DNA of 64,000 bases from an archaeon (GTDB taxonomy: Archaea > Nanobdellota > Nanobdellia > Pacearchaeales > JAPDKA01): the NCBI GenBank assembly GCA_029258825.1, contig JAPDKA010000003.1:2065-66064 (forward strand), written 5' to 3'. The position numbers and the translations under genes were made by a program. The notes below the pieces were generated by a model. The model worked only from the letters and a program-made list of their open reading frames with translations, did no database searches and was not told the origin of the DNA. Below, in pieces: positions 8,573-18,713 of this stretch. How positions within the stretch are numbered: the stretch's first letter is position 1; each line of letters opens with the position of its first letter.

Positions 8573-9895
8573 CTATGGATAAAAACGGTTAATTGTTCTG
8601 GGAAATGCAATAGCGTCTCTGATATGCTGCAAACCGCACAACCACATGATAAGCCTTTCTGTGCCCAAACCAAAACCACTGTGCTTTACTGCGCCATATC
8701 GGCGAGTATCAAAGTAAAACTGATACGCATCTAGATTCTCGCCAGCTTTTTTCAATGCTTTTTTCATTGCTTCAATGTCGTTATCACGTTCGCTACCACC
8801 TATAAGCTCACCCACATTTCTAACAAGCAAATCAAAACATAACGCAACTTTTGGGTTTTCTTTACTTGCTGGCTTATAAAATGCCATAATCTCTTTAGGA
8901 AAATGTGTAACAAACACTGGTGTGTCGAACAAACTCGTAAGTTTTTCTATTTCTAATGTACGCAAATCTTTACCCCACTTTACTTTCATTCCATGTTGTT
9001 CAAGCAATTTTAAAGCCTCATCATAAGTGATACGTTTCCATTTCTTTTGCAATGCTGTTTCTAGTTCAGCTGTATCGCGTTGCAATAACGCAAGTTCTTG
9101 TTTATGCTTTTCCAACACCCTTGCTATAACATGTTTCACCATCTCTTCTGCAACATCCATAATCTCATCCAAACCAAGCCAAGCAGCTTCAACTTCAGTA
9201 TGCCAATACTCTGTTAAATGTCTTGGTGTCCTGCTTTTTTCTGCACGAAAGCTAGGAGCAATAGTAAAGATCTTTTCAAGCGCAAATATAGCAGCTTCTG
9301 CATAAAGTTGCCATGTCTGTGTAAGATATGCTTTTTTATCAAAATACTTAACCTCAAATAGCGTTGGACCTTCTTCAGCAATTCTCGGCACTATTATAGG
9401 AGCATGAAACTCGTAGTAGCCTTTACTAATAAAAAACTCTCTGATTGCCTGAAACACAGTATGGCGTATCTTAAGAATTGCGGTCATCTTTCTGCTTCTT
9501 AACCATAAATGCCTATAATCAAGCAACAACTCTGTAGATTGATATTTACGAATCGGAAAGTCCTCAGCAATACTTATAATGTTGATCTGCTCTACTTGTA
9601 ATTCATAGCCGTTTGGCGCGCGCTTGTCCTTCTTAAGTTTGCCTTTAACCTCAAACGAACTTTCTATTGTTAATTTTTGCGCATTATCCCATGCTTCGCT
9701 ATCAGTTAAGACAACGCATTGAAGTATGCCAGTAACATCACGCAACACAAGAAATATTTTTTCTTTCAACTCCCTTTTTCTGTATACCCACCCACGCAAC
9801 CATACGCTATGCTTGCTTAATGCTTGCTCTGCCAGTTTTTCTTTTTCAGCAAGTTGAATTGCCTCATCAACATGTAAAAATGTAGCAACCTGCAT
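8573..9895 (-). CDS. asnS: asparagine--tRNA ligase
   Basis: OB-fold LRGWVYRKR...FLVLRD, RHLWLR, FRAEKSRTPRHLTEYW, GELIGGSER, GFGLGTER; start placed at MQVATF. Confidence 0.88.
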   Translation of the reverse strand: MQVATFLHVDEAIQLAEKEKLAEQALSKHSVWLRGWVYRKRELKEKIFLVLRDVTGILQCVVLTDSEAWDNAQKLTIESSFEVKGKLKKDKRAPNGYELQVEQINIISIAEDFPIRKYQSTELLLDYRHLWLRSRKMTAILKIRHTVFQAIREFFISKGYYEFHAPIIVPRIAEEGPTLFEVKYFDKKAYLTQTWQLYAEAAIFALEKIFTIAPSFRAEKSRTPRHLTEYWHTEVEAAWLGLDEIMDVAEEMVKHVIARVLEKHKQELALLQRDTAELETALQKKWKRITYDEALKLLEQHGMKVKWGKDLRTLEIEKLTSLFDTPVFVTHFPKEIMAFYKPASKENPKVALCFDLLVRNVGELIGGSERDNDIEAMKKALKKAGENLDAYQFYFDTRRYGAVKHSGFGLGTERLIMWLCGLQHIRDAIAFPRTINRFYP

Positions 9896-10014
9896 AAAAT
9901 AGCAACATAATTTGAGTATTAAAAGGTTTTGCCAAGTTTTGCTCAAAAACCGTGTTGTATTTATAAAGTGGTTATTATCGAAAAGTTTAAAAAAGCGTAT
10001 CTTAACATTTTGTT

Positions 10015-10467
10015 ATGACTAGTAAAATTGAACAAAAAGTTATGGAAATTATAAGAAAAATAGAAAGCAAACCAGATAAAAGAAAACGTGAAATTCTAAT
10101 GTACAAATTAGATGAACTCAAAAATAAATATGATAAGCTCATGCAAATGAGTGATGATGGGTTATGCATTTATAATGCAAACTTAACAAATGAAAAAGAT
10201 TGGTTTTACCGACCAATAACACAAGAAGTAAGAGAATTACTTCTAAAAAGAAAGTTAAGCGAGAATCAATATAAGATTTTAGAACTTACGAAAAACTATA
10301 TTGAAAAAATAATTTATTGGGCCGCAGAGAGCACAAAAATAGAGATAATGAAAGAAATTGAAAAGATTGTTATCGAAAGAGAAATATCAAAAAAAGATGT
10401 AAATGAATTTAGAGATGTATTAAACATAGCTACTGCTTATCTATTATGCTTCCAGCATATTGGTTAA
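10015..10467 (+). CDS. hypothetical protein, possibly frameshifted and continuing into 10446-10616
   Basis: ORF with TATA upstream; overlapping 56-codon frame MLPAYWLRWDQ...FLKRL at 10446-10616. Confidence 0.55.
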   Translation: MTSKIEQKVMEIIRKIESKPDKRKREILMYKLDELKNKYDKLMQMSDDGLCIYNANLTNEKDWFYRPITQEVRELLLKRKLSENQYKILELTKNYIEKIIYWAAESTKIEIMKEIEKIVIEREISKKDVNEFRDVLNIATAYLLCFQHIG

Positions 10468-10640
10468 GATGGGATCAAACAGAAAGAAACAGAATATATG
10501 CAGAAATTGTTCCTCATATACCTTCTGCTTTAGATTACAGAATAGATAGGGATTTAGGTGTGATAAACGTTAAACCACCAAATCGATTCTGGAAGAGGTT
10601 CTTAAAACGATTATGAATTACAAAATAAAAAGAAAAAAAC

Positions 10641-11261
10641 TTAAACCAGGTGTATTCCAAACTTTTTAAGCAGTAAATAATAAAGCAAGATTACAGAAGT
10701 TATTATGAATAGCACAACGATCAATCTGTGTTTAAAGATGTGTTTTCTATATTTTTCTCTAAACTCATGCCTTGCAACATCTATAAGCTCGTCGCCAAAA
10801 TAAACAGATAAAAAAGTACCAATGCATGACAGCACTATAATAGACCAGAAAGGAACAGGATTAAGTAAAATATGTTTAAAGAGCTTCAAAAGCATTGTAG
10901 TTTCATAAACAGAAGGATTAAACAAAATAGAAGCAGTGTTCAAGGTTATAGCAAGAGCCCACACAGCAATTTCTGAACGTATCATTCTTATTCTTGCAAC
11001 CAAGCGAATAGGAAAATCAAGCAGCAATCCAGCATCACATATCGGCGTGCACAAAACAAAAAAAGACCAGGTTAACAGTGTAACAATAAAGCCATGCTTA
11101 ACACCATAACGAAAAGAAATAAAAATAAAATAGGCAATAACTATTGCAAGAACAGCAAAGAACTTTTTCAATACAAGGTTTTTTGTTTCATGTGCAATGT
11201 ATTCGCTACGAGCAATTTTTTGTGTAATTCTTTGCCTTGCCCTAGCAATAAAACTTGGCAT
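10641..11261 (-). CDS. multi-pass membrane protein, hypothetical
   Basis: Several hydrophobic segments; TWSFFVLCTPICDAGLLLDFP motif. Confidence 0.75.
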   Translation of the reverse strand: MPSFIARARQRITQKIARSEYIAHETKNLVLKKFFAVLAIVIAYFIFISFRYGVKHGFIVTLLTWSFFVLCTPICDAGLLLDFPIRLVARIRMIRSEIAVWALAITLNTASILFNPSVYETTMLLKLFKHILLNPVPFWSIIVLSCIGTFLSVYFGDELIDVARHEFREKYRKHIFKHRLIVVLFIITSVILLYYLLLKKFGIHLV

Positions 11262-11351
11262 GATTATTTTATTTTTAGACTCATATAAAAAGTTTGCCTT
11301 TACCAGAAAATCATCACAAATTATAGAAAATTCCTGTTTTCTTTTTATTCT

Positions 11352-11813
11352 TTAATCTTTTCTGTTCATTGCTGCATACGCCAGATTTGTTATCCCAAAA
11401 ATTCCTAATAAGATACTAAATATGTATGACCACCTTTTTGTAGGTTCTTCATAAGATAATTCTATATTTTTTATTTTTTTCCCTATATTCTCTAGAACAG
11501 GTTGGTAAACACTTGGATTTTCAGATTCTCCAATTTCTGTAATTATATCCTTTACTTCTTTTTCCAATTTACTTACATCTTCTCTGAACTTTTCATTTTT
11601 TCTGACAATTGCGAGAGTTTTTTGTACATATTCTAGTACATTTTTTGGATTTTCTCCTTCATATTGTTGTTGTATATAACTGGAGATTCCTTCAAGCATA
11701 TGTAGTTCTGGTATATTTTGTTTTGGCTCATAACCATATATAGCAAAAGATAACGTTATGCCTGAAAAAAACATACATGCACCCCCTATAATAAGATCTA
11801 TTATTTTTCTCAT
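11352..11813 (-). CDS. hypothetical protein with N- and C-terminal membrane helices
   Basis: Hydrophobic termini, helical middle, TATA upstream. Confidence 0.65.
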   Translation of the reverse strand: MRKIIDLIIGGACMFFSGITLSFAIYGYEPKQNIPELHMLEGISSYIQQQYEGENPKNVLEYVQKTLAIVRKNEKFREDVSKLEKEVKDIITEIGESENPSVYQPVLENIGKKIKNIELSYEEPTKRWSYIFSILLGIFGITNLAYAAMNRKD

Positions 11814-11981
11814 GTTTTTAACATTGTATTTGACATTTATAAATTTTTCGGTTTTTGTTACTTCTATTAAATAATTATAAAAAACTCAACTAGAAATTTT
11901 TAATTTTAGTTATAAATTTAAATTTAAGCTATCCTAAACTTAACCAAAACATTTTTAATGTCTACTATGCTATTAATTAGC

Positions 11982-12161
11982 ATGACAACGCAAGAAATGA
12001 GGACATACCAATGTGAAGCATGTGGTTATAAGTTTAAAGCAACAAGATTGCATAAGATTTGCCCTTATTGTGGTAAAGAAGGTACAGTAAAGCCAGTGAA
12101 AGATGCAGAAACAATACTTAAAGAGGTTGATCAAGAAAATCAGGGAGGATATCAGCAATAA
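11982..12161 (+). CDS. small zinc-ribbon protein
   Basis: CEAC...CPYC pair; start codon uncertain. Confidence 0.65.
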   Translation: MTTQEMRTYQCEACGYKFKATRLHKICPYCGKEGTVKPVKDAETILKEVDQENQGGYQQ

Positions 12162-12184
12162 AACTATAAAAGCAGATAAAGCAA

Positions 12185-13135
12185 ATGCGTGCAGAAATTA
12201 CCAAAATTCTCGGCGAAGATTTTTTCAGTAATGAGTTTGTTTCTAAGCTTATTACTCAAGCAAAAAAATACAATGCCAAAAGAGGAGTAAGATTACTACT
12301 ACCTGAACAAGACGAAAGGGTTAAGCAAGCAGTAGAAATAATCAAGCAATTAAAAATAGCTTTGCCAATTACAATCGCAAAAAATCTTGCTAAGAAAAAA
12401 ATAATGTTAAAGCCAGAAAAGATATGTAGCATAACAGAACAATTGATAAAGCAAAACACTATTGATGCAGCAATACTTGGTGCGAGCTTTGCAACAAGAT
12501 ATACGTTAAAGCTTGCTTTCAAGTTTATGCATAACGCTAAACGAGTTAGTGGGGCAATGTTAATGTTACCAAAACGCAAAAACAAACCTGTGTTTTTTAT
12601 TGCAGACATCGCAGCAATGCCAAACCCGAATGCTGATCAACTTGCAGAAATTGCACTTCTTACAGCAAGAACGTTTAATGTTGTCAAGTTTTTGTTCAAA
12701 CGTAACGCTAACATAGCTATGTTAAGCTATTCTACATTTGGTTCTGGTAAAGGTGATGATGCGATGAAAATGCGGGAAGCTGTAAAAAAAGCAAGAAGAT
12801 TGCTCAAAGCCAAGCTTAATGCTGTAATTGATGGTGAAATGCAGCTTGATGCAGCATTAATAAAACAAGTGGCAATAAAAAAAGCAAAAGAAATGCATGT
12901 AAAGCCATTAATTAAAGGTAATGCTAATGTGTTAATCATGCCTAACCTAAGCAGTGCAAATATATGCTACAAAGCAATTCAGCATATTGCAGATTATTAT
13001 GCTGTTGGTCCAATATTACAAGGTGTAAAGCCTCCAATAAATGACTTAAGCAGGGGCTGCAGCATTGCTGACATTGTCTTGCTTGCTGCCTTCACTACGT
13101 TGCAAGTTCATAAATCAATTTCTGAATCAATCTAA
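12185..13135 (+). CDS. pta: phosphate acetyltransferase (PTA/PTB family)
   Basis: FIADIAAMPNPNADQLAEIA, MLSYSTFGSG, IDGEMQLDAA, GPILQG...NDLSRGCS. Confidence 0.88.
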   Translation: MRAEITKILGEDFFSNEFVSKLITQAKKYNAKRGVRLLLPEQDERVKQAVEIIKQLKIALPITIAKNLAKKKIMLKPEKICSITEQLIKQNTIDAAILGASFATRYTLKLAFKFMHNAKRVSGAMLMLPKRKNKPVFFIADIAAMPNPNADQLAEIALLTARTFNVVKFLFKRNANIAMLSYSTFGSGKGDDAMKMREAVKKARRLLKAKLNAVIDGEMQLDAALIKQVAIKKAKEMHVKPLIKGNANVLIMPNLSSANICYKAIQHIADYYAVGPILQGVKPPINDLSRGCSIADIVLLAAFTTLQVHKSISESI

Positions 13136-13217
13136 ATTTAAAAGTAAAAGATTGTAAGTATAATCATAATTATAGTAACTGTGATTATATGTATAAAACA
13201 TTCAACAAACTTGGCTC

Positions 13218-13667
13218 TTAAAAGTCCAACCTTGTTTGCTTGAAGTATTGATGTAAAAAGTGATGCGCTCTTTCGAGTAGTTCTTTTTGCGTTTTGAACT
13301 TTAGTTTTTTTATAGCTTCATCAAAGCTTAACCAAAAAAACGCATCATGCTCTGTAAGTCTGACTTGCTTTGTATTTGCTTTCGCAAGAAAAAATACAGA
13401 GGTTTTAGCAACAAGTTGATTATTGCGTTTAAATAAAAATCTTACCTCATGCCTAAAACCAGGAATCAGTTCGACATCTAACGATGTTTCCTCTTTAATT
13501 TCACGCAATGCTGCTTGTTTTTCTGTTTCGTTAGATTCAATTTTGCCGCGGGGAAAACCGTAAAACTCTTTAAAGCTATTGCTAGCTTTCCTATAGAGTA
13601 TAAGATATTCTACAGAAGGCCATTTACCATAAAAAACTACTGCGCCAGCAGACTTTTCTTTTTCCAT
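13218..13667 (-). CDS. NUDIX hydrolase (Ap4A hydrolase-like)
   Basis: Nudix box GKIESNETEKQAALREIKEETSL; N-terminal EKSAGAVVF. Confidence 0.88.
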   Translation of the reverse strand: MEKEKSAGAVVFYGKWPSVEYLILYRKASNSFKEFYGFPRGKIESNETEKQAALREIKEETSLDVELIPGFRHEVRFLFKRNNQLVAKTSVFFLAKANTKQVRLTEHDAFFWLSFDEAIKKLKFKTQKELLERAHHFLHQYFKQTRLDF

Positions 13668-13692
13668 TTTGTTTTTGCTTTTCAAAAGATTT

Positions 13693-14253
13693 TCAACTTT
13701 TTAACTTTAATTCATAAACATATAACGTTTCAAAAAACAACTGCTGTTTCGCAACAATACGCTTTACATAATGCTTAGCTATTGTTTTTTCAACTATGCT
13801 GTCTGTCAAAGAACTAAGCAACAGTAAAATAACACCGTTTGACTTTAAAAAATGCCTTGCTTGTTCCAAAAATTTAACAATAACTTCACAATTTTTTCCT
13901 GCGATAATTGCAATAGCTTCTGTATCAGCAAGATGTACATCGCTAGAAGAAGGTGGCAAATAAGGAGGGTTAAAAACAATCACATCAAATTTTCCTTTAA
14001 TATTGCTAAATAAATCGCTATGAACAACTTTAATGTTTACACCTGCTTTACTGGAATATTGCTTTACCAGTTTTACTGCAGCCATATTAATGTCAGCCGC
14101 AACAACATCGCAACCTGCTTGCGCTGCTGCTATCGCAATAATGCCTGAACCGCATCCCATATCAAGCAAGCTTATGCCTTTACGAAAGTATTTTGTTGCT
14201 GTTTTTAACATTAAAAAAGAATCTTCTCTAGGCATATAAACAGCTTCATACAT
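13693..14253 (-). CDS. prmC: HemK2/PrmC-type release factor glutamine methyltransferase
   Basis: VYMPREDS, LDMGCGSG, FNPPY, FFETL. Confidence 0.85.
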   Translation of the reverse strand: MYEAVYMPREDSFLMLKTATKYFRKGISLLDMGCGSGIIAIAAAQAGCDVVAADINMAAVKLVKQYSSKAGVNIKVVHSDLFSNIKGKFDVIVFNPPYLPPSSSDVHLADTEAIAIIAGKNCEVIVKFLEQARHFLKSNGVILLLLSSLTDSIVEKTIAKHYVKRIVAKQQLFFETLYVYELKLKS

Positions 14254-14254
14254 C

Positions 14255-14938
14255 TTATTCTTGCGGTTTTAACTCAAGTATAAGTTTTTCGTTTTCAAGC
14301 CTGTAATTGATAATAGGCAATGCCAACGGAATAAGTTTGAAATAAACTTTATCTTTTGCTACTGCTTTAATCTCTATGGAATTATGTAATTTTGTTATAA
14401 ATACGTCTTTTTCACTTTGCACTCCAGGCATGTCTATTTCATAAACAATTCTGTCGCTTAACCTCTTTACACTCGATTTTGCTTCCTTCTTCGGTAATTT
14501 TGCTATTTTTTTGATGGTTTTTTCATCCAGTTTTGCTGTTTTCTTAATCGGCTCGACTTTAACTTTTATAGGCACTTCACTAACTTTTCCCTTACCAATA
14601 CGTCTAACTTCTATTTTTGGTTTTTTGCCAGTGCTTGTGGAAATGCTTATGCTTATACCGCTAACTTTCGGTTTTGTTTGCTTTTCATTTGCCAATTGTT
14701 TATCTATTTCCCTAAACTGTCTTTCTATCTCTTCAAGCAAACCAGAAAAGACTGTAGAGAAGTTCTTCATCATTGCTGTGGCAAAATCATCAAAGCCAAA
14801 ACTACCAAAGCTTGGTTGCATTAATTCGTCAATTCTATCAAGCAAACCATCTGGCTCAATAAGCTTTGCACCGCAATACGGACAATACCTAAAACGTGAA
14901 TCTATAAGCTTGCCGCATTTTTTGCATCGTTTTTTCAT
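14255..14938 (-). CDS. zinc-ribbon + Hsp20/alpha-crystallin-like protein
   Basis: CKKC...CPYCG N-terminus; C-terminal EIDMPGV...IEIKA...YFKLIPL; start placed at MKKRC. Confidence 0.7.
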   Translation of the reverse strand: MKKRCKKCGKLIDSRFRYCPYCGAKLIEPDGLLDRIDELMQPSFGSFGFDDFATAMMKNFSTVFSGLLEEIERQFREIDKQLANEKQTKPKVSGISISISTSTGKKPKIEVRRIGKGKVSEVPIKVKVEPIKKTAKLDEKTIKKIAKLPKKEAKSSVKRLSDRIVYEIDMPGVQSEKDVFITKLHNSIEIKAVAKDKVYFKLIPLALPIINYRLENEKLILELKPQE

Positions 14939-14991
14939 GTTTATATGCAAGACTTCGCTTTTTAAATGTTTTTGCTTCTGCAAAAAAACAA

Positions 14992-15996
14992 TTAGATTGT
15001 TCTTAATGCTTCATAAATTCTGCATAAACATTCGAGTCGAGAAAATATTTCAGCTTGTTTTTGTTCTAAACGGTCAACATTAAATTGTTTTTTACTTTCT
15101 TCAATTAAACCATGAATTTTCTGGTTGAGAGGTGCTTTAACCTCAAGTTGAACATTATGATTTGTATCATCCAATACGCCTTCCAAAACATCACAATGCT
15201 TATCTTTATTCCACATAACATTTACCACATTATTAGCAAAACCGAAATACCTCTCTGCGTTTTTATTCAGTTCGATCCACACATCAACAGGTTGTTCGTT
15301 CTTGTCATGCGTACTAAATTTTATTAACGAATACATATCATTTTTCTTTACTACAGTTATATCTTCTGAAGTTATATCAAAGCCCATCTCTTGCATTATA
15401 CTTATAACATGACTACCTATATCGAGCCAAATTTGTTCCCAACTTAATTGTTGGCTCAGCTTTAACTTACTTGGCCCAACACTATAGCCTATCTTAAATA
15501 CATGTTTAAATATGTCGTGTTTGTTTACTATTTCTTTATATTTTGCCACATCGAAAACAAGCTGGCAGTCTTCATCAACAAATGTTTTTGTGTTCTTTGC
15601 TTCATTAAATATTTCATTTATCTGCTTAAACATTTGTTCTCTAGCTATGTCTTCGCCATTTCCAGCGTAAACAAGCACAAACGGTTTTTCAATGAGCATT
15701 GCTTTTGGATGCAATTCAAGCGATTGAAGAGCATGATCATAATGTAAATCAGGAGGGCTAACTATACTAACATAGTCTACATGATGACTATCGCGAATAG
15801 CCTTTTCTAAATTTGTATAAGTAACGATCTCTATTTTTCTACCAATTCTTTCTGCCTCACTCTCCAGTTGATCAACAATTTCTGACAATTTATTTTCATC
15901 ACGCCTAACAAGAATAAGTTTATCACAATGTTTTAGCCACTCCTTTGCATGCTTAAAGCCAAATTTGCCGACACCAACAATTACTGCAGTAAGCAT
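14992..15996 (-). CDS. Gfo/Idh/MocA-family oxidoreductase
   Basis: Rossmann GVGKFG..H, SPPDLH, IEKP, DIGSH. Confidence 0.75.
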   Translation of the reverse strand: MLTAVIVGVGKFGFKHAKEWLKHCDKLILVRRDENKLSEIVDQLESEAERIGRKIEIVTYTNLEKAIRDSHHVDYVSIVSPPDLHYDHALQSLELHPKAMLIEKPFVLVYAGNGEDIAREQMFKQINEIFNEAKNTKTFVDEDCQLVFDVAKYKEIVNKHDIFKHVFKIGYSVGPSKLKLSQQLSWEQIWLDIGSHVISIMQEMGFDITSEDITVVKKNDMYSLIKFSTHDKNEQPVDVWIELNKNAERYFGFANNVVNVMWNKDKHCDVLEGVLDDTNHNVQLEVKAPLNQKIHGLIEESKKQFNVDRLEQKQAEIFSRLECLCRIYEALRTI

Positions 15997-16059
15997 AAAA
16001 TATCAAAAATCACAAAATTTAAAAAATTTTTGGATGAATTAACTTTTGTGTGGTAACAG

Positions 16060-16950
16060 TCAATCTTCAAAGAAATAATCCATTGCTTCTCGTATGTTTT
16101 GTACTTCTACAACGTTAATGCCAACTTCCTCGCCAATGTCTACTCTCTTTGGTATTTGCTCAATAGTGCAGAATTCAGCCATTCCGAATTTTTCACAATG
16201 TTTTTTTGTTTCATAGATAACCTCTTTGCTCTGAGTAAGAGGGACTAAAAATGTTGTCATGCCAGCTTGTTTTGCAGCCTCAGCTTTTGCTTTTATATCA
16301 CCAACCGGCCCGATAGTACCATCATGATTAATACTTCCTGTTATACTTACATTAGGCTTTATTGTTTTGTTTAGCAATGCAGCAATCGTTGCTATTGTTA
16401 TAGCAGCGCCAGCAGAAGGACCTCCAACAACACTGGCATTAGCATAAATATAGTAAACAAGATCGTAATTGCTTACATTAATACCAGTAACTTCTTGTGC
16501 TACTTTTCTGGCTATCCTTATACTGTTTTGTGTATCTGCCCAATATAACAGATTGTTAATATCAACCAAAGTTCTGCCACTCCCTTTAGCTGCCTCTACC
16601 GCAATGATTGTTATAACACCGTTACCGTCCCTGTCTACTGCTGGTACATAAATAGTTTTTATACTTGCGTTTGTTAAACTTAGACCTTGCTTTGGTAATT
16701 GAATCTGCTCAACATGTTTTTGTTTTTCAATTTTTTCAATTTTTAAAGGTAAAAAGGAATCATGACTCAATAAAGTATAATTAAGCTTATAAGCGAAATA
16801 ACTCAATAAGCAAATTAATAGTAAAGAAAAAACAAACAAAGCAAGGCGTTCCCTCTTTACAGTTTTTAATTCTGCTTTTGCAATAGCATATTTTTCAAAT
16901 AATTGTTGATAACTTTTAGCGCTATTTGTTTTTATTTTGCGTTTTTTCAT
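16060..16950 (-). CDS. membrane-anchored Lon-like S16 serine protease (COG1750)
   Basis: TM helix, VPAVD, GGPSAG catalytic Ser, ITGSINHDGTIGPVGDIKAK (Lys dyad); SD gaggtga. Confidence 0.85.
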   Translation of the reverse strand: MKKRKIKTNSAKSYQQLFEKYAIAKAELKTVKRERLALFVFSLLLICLLSYFAYKLNYTLLSHDSFLPLKIEKIEKQKHVEQIQLPKQGLSLTNASIKTIYVPAVDRDGNGVITIIAVEAAKGSGRTLVDINNLLYWADTQNSIRIARKVAQEVTGINVSNYDLVYYIYANASVVGGPSAGAAITIATIAALLNKTIKPNVSITGSINHDGTIGPVGDIKAKAEAAKQAGMTTFLVPLTQSKEVIYETKKHCEKFGMAEFCTIEQIPKRVDIGEEVGINVVEVQNIREAMDYFFED

Positions 16951-17028
16951 TTCACCTCTTTTTTTCGCTTTCTTTTCCTTTCTTTGCCTTTTCTTTTCTG
17001 TTTTTATTTTTTAAAATAACTGATAAAG

Positions 17029-17133
17029 TGGGCCCGGTCGGATTTGAACCGACGACCCCTGGTTTTCTTAGACCTGCCAAAATGGCAGTGGCCATATAAG
17101 ACCAGTGCTCTAACCAGGCTGAGCTACGGGCCC
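17029..17133 (-). tRNA. tRNA-Ile(UAU) with 30-nt intron at 37/38 (17065-17094)
   Basis: Cloverleaf GGGCCCG/CGGGCCC-A; anticodon arm CUGGU-CU UAU A|A-ACCAG; T loop UUCAAAU; strict bulge-helix-bulge (CUUA/UAAG helix, UAU and AAA bulges). Confidence 0.92.
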
Positions 17134-17270
17134 ACCTAGTGTATACTACATAAATTGGTTTTAAAAGTTTTTCTTCAAAAGTTTTTCTCTACGATTTTTG
17201 GATAAAACTGTAAATAAGTAACCAAACAACTAACAAAATATTTAAAAATCATCATTGCCTAACAAACAAC

Positions 17271-18680
17271 ATGAGAAACATAATAAAAATAAAAAGCTAT
17301 TTCAAAAATTATTTCTTTGTAAGTATTTTGTTGTGTTTTGCTTTACTTGGTTTGCTTATCATTAGTGCTCAAACAACTCATGCATTGGAACTAAGCAAGA
17401 CATATCTGCAAAAAACAATAGTTGCTGAACTTTATAGTGTTCCTGTAAAGTTTAATTTAACCATAGTCAACGACGCTGGTGAAGATAAAATAAGGATATT
17501 TACGCTGCTTCCTATCTTGATGTTTCCAAATGAGGAAATAACTATTCCTGCCAATGCTGCAAAGACAATAGCTGTAACAGCTTATCTTAAAGAACGCAAG
17601 CCTGGAAAATTTACTTATAGCTATTATATCAAAAGTCAAAATGAAGGTCTAATCAAAGATAGTTTTACAGTAGAAATAGTGCCATTAGAAGAAGCATTAC
17701 AAATAATTCTGCCTGACTCGATTAGCGTTAACGACAAACAAGTTAACATCACAATAAAAAATAATAAAGCGATAAACTTTGGTAATATTACACTCTCTTG
17801 TCATGATTTACTTGAGTTTGACAAAACAATCACGCTTATGGCGAAAGAAGAAAAAACAATTCCAGTGAATGTAAGTCAAAACATACATAACGCATTAGCA
17901 GGGTTAAATGAAGTAAATATAGCACTAAACATTAATAATGAACAGATAACAATAAAAAAACTTGTTAATGTTGAAGCACACGAATCAATTGATGAAACAA
18001 CCCAAGAAATACAAAAATTTTTGCTTAGGAGAAAAATAATAACAAAAACAAATACAGGAAATAAAGAAGTTACAGCAACAATCGTAATGAAGTTCAAACC
18101 TATAGAGAGAGCATTCACAAGTTTCAACATTAAACCTGATAAAAGCTTGAGAGAAGGTAATTGGCAAATATTCAGTTGGCAAAAAACATTACAGCCTGGC
18201 GAGTCTTTTAGCGTTGTTGCCACAACAAATTATGCATGGATTTTTATTGTGTTGATTGTTATTGCAGGCATTGCTATTGCTTTAAGACAAACAAAAGAAA
18301 GAGAAGTTGAGATCATAAAAAAAGTGAAAAAGCTGAAAACAAAACAAGGATATTTTGCAATAAAAGTAGTTCTAAACATAAAAAACAGAAAAGACAAACT
18401 AACCGATGTAAGGCTTGTTGACGAATTGCCAGAAGTGATGCAAGTATATGAAAGCGATAAACTAGAAATAACATTGCCGCACGAACAAAAACAAGGAAGG
18501 CTCATATGGCATCTCGGTGAAATGGAAAAAGGAGAAGAAAGACTCATAGAATACATAGCTTATTCTAAAGTTAAGTTAATAGGAAAAATTGAATTGCCAC
18601 AAGCAATTTTAGAGTTTAAACTCAAAGGCAAGCCACACACAGTAAAAAGCGAAAAAGTCTATATCATTGAGGAAGAATAA
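17271..18680 (+). CDS. secreted/membrane protein with beta-rich (Ig-like) domains, TM helix and C-terminal DUF11-like domain
   Basis: Signal peptide; TM NYAWIFIVLIVIAGIAIAL; LIWHLGEMEKGEERLIEY. Confidence 0.7.
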   Translation: MRNIIKIKSYFKNYFFVSILLCFALLGLLIISAQTTHALELSKTYLQKTIVAELYSVPVKFNLTIVNDAGEDKIRIFTLLPILMFPNEEITIPANAAKTIAVTAYLKERKPGKFTYSYYIKSQNEGLIKDSFTVEIVPLEEALQIILPDSISVNDKQVNITIKNNKAINFGNITLSCHDLLEFDKTITLMAKEEKTIPVNVSQNIHNALAGLNEVNIALNINNEQITIKKLVNVEAHESIDETTQEIQKFLLRRKIITKTNTGNKEVTATIVMKFKPIERAFTSFNIKPDKSLREGNWQIFSWQKTLQPGESFSVVATTNYAWIFIVLIVIAGIAIALRQTKEREVEIIKKVKKLKTKQGYFAIKVVLNIKNRKDKLTDVRLVDELPEVMQVYESDKLEITLPHEQKQGRLIWHLGEMEKGEERLIEYIAYSKVKLIGKIELPQAILEFKLKGKPHTVKSEKVYIIEEE

Positions 18681-18713
18681 GCACAAATACAGAAATAATT
18701 CGATACAGCCAAT

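Noticed and set aside
16950-17015. Pyrimidine-rich tract between tRNA-Ile and the Lon-like protease gene as a repeat element
   Set aside because: Simple A-rich leader on the coding strand ending in an SD; similar tracts precede other genes
17000-17270. tRNA as integration site of a mobile element
   Set aside because: No duplicated tRNA 3' end found in the window and the flanking genes look like resident genes
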